DNA of 45,922 bases, filler included, from Jimgerdemannia flammicorona (Eukaryota): assembly GCA_003990765.1 (NCBI GenBank). It is 2 parts of 2 records of this genome, joined end to end, with 100 filler letters (N's around TTAATTAATTAA, not from the genome) between each part and the next. Parts side by side here need not be neighbours in the genome. Positions count along the whole stretch, not along the records: positions 23,018 to 45,922 come from RBNJ01001187.1; 1 more part is not named here. The stretch is one strand, 5' to 3'. The notes beneath the pieces are model-generated. The model saw nothing but the letters and a program-made list of their open reading frames with translations, ran no database searches and was not told the origin of the DNA. A program made the translations under genes and the position numbers. The first letter of the stretch is position 1. Each line of letters opens with the position of its first letter. Below are positions 37,857 to 45,922 of the stretch, piece after piece.

Positions 37857-39869
37857 TCTGGTGGTCAGGTTGTTGAGGTGGTACAGAGTGGTAATAGTTG
37901 CTTGTATTGCTGTTTGGAGTTTTCAGTTAGGGCAGGCACTGGCCATGTATCTTGTCTTTCAGCAATAGAAGCATGCTCCACTTCTTCGAAGTTCATTCCT
38001 TTCCCCTTCAGTGAGTTTCTTGAAGGTACTCAGCTAGGTGGATTCATGATTTCTGGGTGTCCATGAGGTGGATGTAGAGGGAGCTCAGGATGCTTCATGC
38101 TTGGGTTCTTCTTTCTTGGTTTAAGTTTTTTTCCTTATTGTTGAATTGTCTTTGGGGTAGAATCGGTCCAGCTGTTAGGATTCACTTGACCATAGTCTTG
38201 ATTCTTGCCAGGTACTATTGTTGGTAATCACAACCAACTGGGCAGTCTTATTCTTGGATTTTTCTAGTAAGCCATTCAGGCAGGGTATTGAATAAATAGT
38301 CTGCTCTTGTATCATTTCATACTTCATCATTGGTAATATATTCTAGACCAACAGTATTCAGGAGTGACTTGAGTTTTATACAGAAGATTTTGAATTCTTC
38401 TTTGCCATATACATCAAATTTGAGATTGTGGAGTTTTACTTAAGATTCAGTAATCATGGTTTCACTGCAATATTGAGCAATCATGAGTTGTTTGAGTCCA
38501 GAGGCTACAGGATGGACTCCATATCCTGGGGTATTATTTGCTGCATTCTGAGCAACTACTGCAGGTTGGGTGTCCCACATAAGGGTTTTTTCAGGAAGGG
38601 TTCACTACCATTCTTTGGCAGGTCCTCAGAAGAATGTAACAACTCAGTGGACATAGGCTGTGGTTGTTACAAAGAGTTGTTCTAGAGTGTGGTCTTAATT
38701 GTTTATTAGAACGCAGTCAGCAACTTACTCATTGGTCCATTGATTGGCTTTAAAATTGGTATCAACTATACTAATGAAGCTTTGGACTTCTTGTACAGTA
38801 CCATTGAAGGTAGGTAGGCTCAGGTTTTTAGTAGGTCAGGTCTGTTCAGCTAAGGCAGTAATGGTTGCTGCCATTATAGTTACCTGGGCTGTAAGGTCTA
38901 GAATCTGTTAGTTCACCATATTGTTTACTGAAGGTAGTTGGACTACTGGTAGTAGTGTTACTGGTACTACTTGAGGTACTGGTGCAGAGTGTGAGAGTGT
39001 TCTTTGTATCTGTGTAAGTTGCTGGAGTAGTAGTTGTGGGTCTGGAGTAAGAGCTTGATAGATAACTGTTTATTGCTGTGTAGGTATGTTCTGGCCTGAT
39101 GAAGGTACATCTCCTTCAGTGGTGTATCCAGGATCGAATTCACTGAGATACTCCTCCTCTTCTTCAGTTTGGTCTCCATGTAATTGGGTTTGCTTGGCAT
39201 CAAAGTAGATAGAATTGGTTATATATCTGATTTCAGATGGACTTAATTCAAAGTCAAGTTCAGGTTCAGTGTTAGTTTCAGGTTCAGGTAAGGCTATAGC
39301 AGGGCCTGCTTTAGGTTCAGGGTCAGGTAGTTGATGAAGGATTTCTCTTACTTCTTCTTTAAGAATATGGTGGGCCTTGCTGTTCTGGAATCAATTGTAT
39401 AATGCAGTCTTAGTTCTGGTACAGTGAAAGTCAGTAGAGTTGAGCCACTTGGCTACAGAGGCTTGGGCTTCATGAGGAACTAAGGCTAGAAAGACTGCTG
39501 ATGGTTGTCCTAGATCGCTCGGATTTGTGGAGCTGACAAAACTCTTATTGAGAAGAGTAAAGAAGACTTCTATAAGACTTTCTTCATCTTGACTTGCTGG
39601 GTATAGAGCAAGGAGTTTGATGAATAGGGTTTTGCCTATTTGCTGATTTAACTGAAGTATTTCTTTCTTCGAATGAAGTTTGTCCCACTTGTTGTAGGTA
39701 TGGAGATCAAATTATCCTTATACATCAGGTTCAATTCTCTCCAGATTGTCAGATGGTTCAGGATAAATTTCAGTTCAGAGGTTGGGCTTTATACTAACTT
39801 ATAGGAATTCTCAGAAGGGTTTGTAGTGAGGTGAGGAAGCATCTTGAAGTAGGATTGGATTGTAAACTG

Positions 39870-39878
39870 CTGCTATCA
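39870..39878 (-). other. Putative primer-binding site (tRNA-iMet-like)
   Basis: tgatagcag lies 3 nt after the 5' LTR, one transition away from TGGTAGCAG. Confidence 0.5.
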
Positions 39879-40301
39879 AGTTATAAGAGAGTTGCTTTTT
39901 AGGGTAACCATTATATAGTTCTGAAAGGGTTTTCTAGAAGTTCTAGATATTCTAGAAGACTGTTTTCTTATAATCAAGATCAATTTCATATGGAGTACAT
40001 CCTCTATGCTTATTGATTTCTAGATCAGGTTGATGTCTCAACCAAAGTCCTTTTTTGGACTAGTTCTGGATGTTTAGAATTTTCTATATTTCAGAAAGTT
40101 CAAGAAACTAAGACCAGTTTAGTTGAATTAGTGTATTTCTGCAGACAATACCCAATTAGAAAATTTCATAATGGGGTTAGGAGTGGGACCTAACAGGGAG
40201 CAGATTTACTTAAGAGTATTTTGTAGATTATTAAATAGGTTTATTTACTATTCATAATATTGCTATACTAGGAGTAGTTGTGTGAAGGGATATTATGGAG
40301 A

Positions 40302-40389
40302 GGAGGGGCCCCCCTGTGGGAATTGGATAGTGGGTAGGAATGATGTATATTTATTCATAAACTGGTAATAAAGGTGGAGTCCAAGTGAC

Positions 40390-40420
<31 letters not shown>
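40302..40420 (+). mobile_element. Short poly(A) retroposed insertion (5'-truncated LINE/SINE 3' end) with TSD
   Basis: Absent from the other LTR. Contains AATAAA, ends in A28, and is flanked by gggatattatggaga at 40287-40301 and 40421-40435. Confidence 0.9.
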
Positions 40421-40423
<3 letters not shown>

Positions 40424-40691
40424 ATATTATGGAGAAGTGCTCAGGAGTTGTGTTCAGATTGTTTAAATCTGTTCAAGTCTGAGATTCTGAGGTCTGGGAG
40501 AGGGGGTATTTATACTAGTAAGGGGCTATCTGAACTATGCTAGATATGGATATAGCACTAAGTGCCTTACTGAGTCAGAATGCAGTCATATAATACAAGT
40601 GTGATCTGATATATCAAGAGATCATCTGACTACTGAGTCAGTTTACAGTCATGTTGTACAAGGCTAATCTAACTATACTATAACTGCTAGG

Positions 40692-41794
40692 CTATTTATA
40701 AGTTTGGACACTGCCTGGGTAGTCTTCAATGACTTCACTATCAATGACATTATCTCTGATGAAGTAGTCATCCAGGAAGAGTGGTTTGTAGATTACTTCT
40801 CCTTATTGATTGAGGTAGTAATACATTGGGACTTCATCACTGTCCCACAGGATAGCATTATCTGTCTCATATACTGAATAAGGCATTGGTGAGTGAAGGA
40901 GTGGTGCATCATCTTCACTTATTCACTGTCTGCATATCTTCTATAAGTTACAGTACTATAAGTTGTGAGATTGTAGTATGCTGGCAGCTGTGGTTCATGT
41001 CACTCATACTTAGGTGGTGGAGTGGTTGGTTCAATCTTGAGGGTTGTCTGAAGGTACAGGTTGTGTTCTCTGATCTCTTCATTATAGTTGAAGTAATCAG
41101 AGGTGAATGTGGGTTGGTATTTGTGCCAGTGGTCATTGTCCCAGTAGGTCTCATAGGTGGTTATAAACTATTGCAAGTTTATTGGTAAGGTTAGCAGTGT
41201 GATCAGGGTTGGCAGAGATCCTTGGCTGGAGGTCATATCAGCATCAGAGGGATCATTGTCTTCTGCTTCATCTTCATTGAAGTGAATTATATCATAGACA
41301 TCCTTCATGATATATCCAACTTAAGGCATTTGCAGGATATGGTCATTGAGGTGTGGAAAGGTTCTGTCTGTGGTCTCAACATACTCGAGGTACTTCTGGT
41401 TGAGTTCTTGTATCATATCATCAATTTGGCCATAGGACAAGGTAGTAACCATTTCGCTGGTAGTAACTCAGAGGCAGGGAATAATGGTACTATACTCATA
41501 AAAGAGTTCTCAGTATTTGTGGGCAATGAGTTTCTGGTGTTGGGACATCTGGGTAATATCTGTATCATAGTGGTATTCAACCATGTCTTCTAGGAGGCAG
41601 CTGATCTGATAGTAGCTTGAGATTTGTCTGATTTGGTGAGTCTCACTAAGTATGTTCAGGGCATTCCATCAGGCTTCCACAAAGTAGAGGGGTGCTAGGC
41701 TATAGATATTCATGAGGGGCAGAGGGGGTGTAGCTCAGTTGACAATAGCATTCCAAATGTCAGCACAGATGTAGTTGTAGATCTTGGTGGTCAT
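40692..41794 (-). pseudogene. Second copy of the U3 orphan ORF (5' LTR), with a 7-bp deletion near 40920
   Basis: Collinear with 32026-33135; 1103 vs 1110 nt. Confidence 0.72.
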
Positions 41795-42699
41795 ATTTGT
41801 GTGTTTGGAAGTTATGGTTGTTGTTTGTTTTGATTCTCTGTTTTGATACATCTTGGTGCTTGGTATATATATATTTGGTCCTGATTGATAAGATTCCATT
41901 TGTGTGAATCTTATATTCTGTGACTTCATGTTGACTCAGCTTTGTGCACTGTGACTTCAGTTTGACTCAGCTTTATGATCATACAGGTGATTTCCAGATT
42001 TGTTCAGAGGTCACATGTGATTTCGGTGGCTTAGAGGTTGTGTACTTATAACAAAGTAGAGGACAAAGGTGAAATCTTGAGGGGATTGAACCTGGATACT
42101 GGAGCCTTGAAATACTGAGATTAATCCTTGTAGGAATTGATCTGGGTTATTCTCAAGAATGGGATTTCAGAACTCTTCTACCTTATTACTTTTGAGAGTG
42201 ATATATAGTGAATTGGACTTCTGTGACTGATAGTCATCAGAGTTGAAGTAGACATTATCTTAATAGAGTCTTTTAATTAGCTGGTAGATAGTAGAGTAGT
42301 ATAGTGGCTGATATTCTAGCTGTACCCAACTAGAACTAGGAGCTAACACAGTAATATAATCAAAGTATATAGGTTTAGAGAGTGAAATCTTTCTCATTTA
42401 ATAATATCTGACTAAAACTAAGAGCTAATATAATAATGTAATCAAGACCTATAGGCTCAGAGAGTGGAATTGAGATCTTTTCAGATCTTATTCTATATAT
42501 CAGTCTTTTTGAGAGAGTCTCATATATAAGTTCTTTACTCATCTATTATAAATCTATTCTACTTCTTATTAGTTAGTTGGGGGGTTTTTCTTTGTCTCAG
42601 AATTTTTTTTAAGATTCAGAGAGCTATTTTTTATTTAGTCTCAGTATTGCTAGATCTAATATATAAGTGTGCTCTTATATTATTAATATAATGATCCAA

Positions 42700-44995
42700 T
42701 CTTAGTGAGCAGATAAGTCTGATCTATATAGTAGGAGTTGATATATCTAATAGATATATATAGCTAGAATAGTAGAACTACTCGATAATTTAATAGCCTA
42801 GGTTAATAAAGGGATAATGTTTGGAGTAGTGAGATGGGAGAGAGTTTTGGTCTATATAGTCTAGATTCTCTTCTAATAAAAATCTGCAAGGAGAATAATT
42901 CTATTATAAAAAAAAAAAGAAAAAAAAAAAATAAAATAAAAAAAAAAAAAAAAAGAAAAAAAAAAAAAATCACATTTTGATCAGTATAAATAGAAGAGCT
43001 GATATATTATTTAAAGAATATATTATTGACTTTTATCATATTTTGCTCAAATCAAAATTCTTTAAGTTAAAAATATATTCTAAATTAATTTTAATTTATT
43101 TAACCTTAATCTATTTCAGACAATTTCAGAACTGAGAAGAATATTAATATTAAAGTTGAGAATATTAGTACTGAAGTTGAGAATGCTGATACCAAAGATA
43201 TCAAAGTTAAAAAAATAAGATACCTCTAGAAATTATATCTGGAGATAGATAATAAGAAGTATATATTAAACTGATCAAAGATTAGATAAAGTAGAGAAAC
43301 TTGTTATTACATTTAATAAGAGATATTAAAGAGAAGTAAAGCTATCTCCATAATAGCTATTTTGTTTTATTTTTATTTATTTTGATTAATTTTTAATTAA
43401 AAATTATTGAGAGAGATAATATATATATAGTAATATATTTTACTAATATAAGTTAATATATAGTAGCTAATATATAAAACCAAGTTTTAGCTTAAGTTTT
43501 ACTATATAATCTAGCCTACTAAACTTCAAAAGCCTCTTTATAAATATTTATCAAAATCTAACTTATCTGATCTTCTAAAATTTCTCTCTAAACTACTAAT
43601 ATTACTTTCTCTATATTAGTATCTAGAATAATATAATTGTAATATAAATTTAAAATACCAATTGATAAAATAGAGAATTCTAAAAATATCATAGTTTAAA
43701 ATTAATTTTAATACTTTTCTGAAATTTAATAGAATATAATGTTCTACTTTTTCAAGATTCTATATGTAGAGTATTAAAGTTTATCTAACTATAAAATTGA
43801 GTCTTGGAATTCTTAATATTTTAAAATTCACCAGACTTGAAATTCAGAACTGAGTTTAAATAAATTTTACTTTAAGATTCTGCTGATCTTATTAGTATTA
43901 CTGTTATTAATTCAAAAAATCTATCAGTTATATTTTCTATTAGTCCTTCTTAACTTTTTAAAAAATAAAATAAAAATAAAATAATCTCATTAATAATTTA
44001 TAGTTAACAGATATCTTGCTCTCTTAGAAACTATATCTAGAAATCACTTAATCTTATCTGAATAGTTAAAAGATACTAAAAAATTTAGTTATATATCTTC
44101 TGATCTATTAGGAAAAAGCTCTCAGAAAAATAAAAATACTATAGCTCAGACAACTCTTTATGATAAGATCTCTGAAATATCTTTTAAAGTATATTAATTC
44201 TCTATTTCATATTGATAATATAAGTCAGAGAGCTCAAAAATATTTCTAAAATATTACATTCTAGAGGTTTTCTAAAATCTAACTCCAGGGTAGTTCTATT
44301 TAGTAAAAGAGTAATAGATATTGATATAGCAGTCTCTAACTTCTATCTTGAAGTAGTTAGAGATTCACTCAGATTAAAGTTAATTGAGATAAAATTATCT
44401 TTTATTTCAAAAAACTGATAGAAAAGAAACTGATAAGGGAGAAACTGTAGAATAGAAAAGAAACTAAAAAAAAAAAAAATAGAAGAGAAGAAAAAAAAAG
44501 AATAAAAGTAAAGTTAATTATAAAAAAAAAAAAAAAATCTAGCCTCTATATTATCTAAGACTGATACCAAAGACTGATCACAAGAGATTCTTTTTGAGGA
44601 AAGAAAGTACATATATCAGTAGTACAAATTAAAGAACACTCTTCTGACTAATCTCTACGAATATATATATATTATGAGAAATTTATCATTACTGCTATAT
44701 ATCAGTAGAATTATTATAGAAATATATATATATATATTATTAAGATTTTTATTAAGTCTAAGACTCATGAGACTGTCTCATCAGTGAAAAAATAGGACAT
44801 TAATAATATATTGTTATTTATATCTAGTTATGATCTGAATCTAGTAAAGAAGAGCAGAGGCTGATTATAATAGCTTTAGTAATCTATCAGAGAAACTTAG
44901 TATACTTGGCCAGGGTGATCTGATCTGATTGTATTACTGTTGAAGTTATTTATCATTCATAATCAATATTAGAGAGAGAATTATAATTTTCTTAT
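42700..44995. other. Very AT-rich, CpG-depleted degenerate repeat DNA
   Basis: No ORFs, almost no CG, TA excess and A-tracts. 28810-30100 has the same character. Confidence 0.6.
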
Positions 44996-45422
44996 ATTAC
45001 AAGAAGGTGAACTGCCAAGCTTTCAATATGACTAAGAGACTCCATAGAAGTTCAAGATGCCTTTTATTACATGAATGTCTCACACTTACACCATATCTTA
45101 GATACAGGGAAATTAGCATATACACTATGTTTAAGACAAAATAAAGCATGCCAACACTTTCAAGATGGCAGAAACCAACTCTGAAATGGTCTGGAACAAA
45201 GCGAGGCTTAGTCATGACAAGTTTGATGGACAAAATAAGTGATACTTGAAAATCGTTGCACGACTTTATTTACTACTTTGTGATTGAGTTTTCATCTGTT
45301 TCTAATGCTATGAATAGTATATCACTATGAACATATGTACAGACTACTACTATGAAAACGTATACAGATGACCTTGGTTTTATTTACACAGCCAACCCTC
45401 TTTAACAGCTTACCACACCGAT

Positions 45423-45922
45423 TCAGATGGTGTTAAGAAAGCAATTGGCCGCACAATCGCTACGGCAGGCGTCCTTGTTTGCGCAATACGCTGTGTCGCA
45501 GTCCTTGCACACGTTGCAGGAAACGTGCTTGCAGTTCTCGCACGCCACGTTGCCGCAGCACTGGCCGGCGTTGTTGCAGGCAGCGTTGGAGCTCACCACG
45601 TATGGGCCACAGGAACCGCAGGAGCCATACCCGCCGCATGGAACACCATAGCCGTAACCGAAACCGTAGGGGGTGCCGCACCGTTTTTCCTTGGAGAGGT
45701 CACGCTTCTTGAGGCAGCCGTAACCGAAGCCACAAGTACCATCGCAGGGAAGACCGCAGGCGCCGAGACCATAGGTACCAAAAGCTTCGCAACTATCACA
45801 GCCATAGCCGCACGCACCAAGGCCGCAGGGGGAGCCGCACGCACCAAGGCCGCAGGGGGAGCCGCACGCACCAAGGCCGCAGGGGGAGCCGCACGCACCA
45901 AGGCCGCAGGGGGAGCCGCACG
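45423..45922 (-). CDS. Cys/Gly/Tyr-rich repeat protein with dibasic (Kex2-type) sites; 5' end outside the window
   Basis: 166 codons open from 45920 to TGA 45423: (CGSPCGLGA)x4 CGYGCDSCEAFGTYGLGACGLPCDGTCGFGYGCLKKRDLSKEKRCGTPYGFGYGYGVPCGGYGSCGSCGPYVVSSNAACNNAGQCCGNVACENCKHVSCNVCKDCDTAYCANKDACRSDCAANCFLNTI*. GC-rich, CpG-retaining coding-like composition. Confidence 0.85.
   Translation of the reverse strand, partial: CGSPCGLGACGSPCGLGACGSPCGLGACGSPCGLGACGYGCDSCEAFGTYGLGACGLPCDGTCGFGYGCLKKRDLSKEKRCGTPYGFGYGYGVPCGGYGSCGSCGPYVVSSNAACNNAGQCCGNVACENCKHVSCNVCKDCDTAYCANKDACRSDCAANCFLNTI
45806..45922. repeat. Perfect 27-bp coding tandem repeat, at least 4.3 copies
   Basis: agccgcacgcaccaaggccgcaggggg at 45806, 45833, 45860 and 45887, partial at 45914. 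Confidence 0.95.

Larger units (their letters stand above)
33821..39840 (-). pseudogene. gag-pol polyprotein, disrupted (Gag, CCHC, dUTPase, PR, RT, RNase H, IN, chromodomain)
   Basis: CFYC*KTRYMASAC (~37930-37975), IMIDSSASGNFI (~37150-37185), SPYGAPVLF, FDLQNSYWQ, MPFGLTNAPATFQ, VYIND, TDVSDLALGAVL, EKEMLAIV, HNVPTARHLG..CNAC, IISDRDLKFTS..FHPETDDQTERMN. Confidence 0.93.
31350..42050 (-). mobile_element. Full-length Ty3/Gypsy chromovirus-type LTR retrotransposon (10.7 kb) with dUTPase and an LTR-embedded ORF, degenerate
   Basis: Two ~2-kb direct repeats, 5-bp TSD ACAAA (31345-31349, 42051-42055), termini T(G>A)TAAG..CTTA(C/T)A, PPT and PBS. Domain order Gag-ZnK-dUTPase-PR-RT-RH-IN-chromodomain. 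Confidence 0.96.
39882..42050 (-). repeat. 5' LTR (2169 bp including a private insertion)
   Basis: Direct repeat of 31350-33391; TATAAATA at 40507-40514 (minus). Confidence 0.95.

Noticed and set aside
45427..45901. ORF-track calls 45427-45651(+), 45460-45681(-), 45479-45712(+) and 45593-45901(-)
   Set aside because: Alternative frames of the Cys/Gly-rich CDS, whose true frame has no start codon in the window.

Overview
Eukaryotic, fungal genomic DNA with spliceosomal introns. The gene-family mix (BTB/BACK-SPRY, NB-ARC-TPR, L1-clade LINEs, a Cys/Gly Kex2-type precursor) suggests an early-diverging lineage such as Mucoromycota, but this is inference only. There are two compartments. (1) About 1-15 kb is CpG-retaining genic DNA with only two clearly intact genes: a 5-exon Ran-binding protein RanBP1/YRB1 and a divergent intronless F-box gene. 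They sit among deletion- and frameshift-riddled pseudogenes: GMC oxidoreductase, flavin-reductase-like, NB-ARC-TPR NLR, BTB/BACK-SPRY, Sel1 and Eis-like GNAT. (2) About 15-45 kb is a CpG-depleted, transition-hypermutated nested transposon block. It holds two L1/Tx1-clade LINEs tail-to-tail, hAT-like ends and a palindromic MITE sharing a TAGTGCTCC terminus, an artificial 100-bp assembly linker, and a complete 10.7-kb Ty3/Gypsy chromovirus (TSD ACAAA). The chromovirus is the most unusual object. Its 2-kb LTRs each carry a reconstructable ~369-codon orphan gene with its own TATA-like box in U3, and its polyprotein has a dUTPase in frame between the Gag zinc knuckle and the protease, a layout reminiscent of betaretroviruses (MMTV dut + U3 sag). 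The window ends inside a Cys/Gly-rich repeat protein with Kex2-type KR sites that the ORF track misses.
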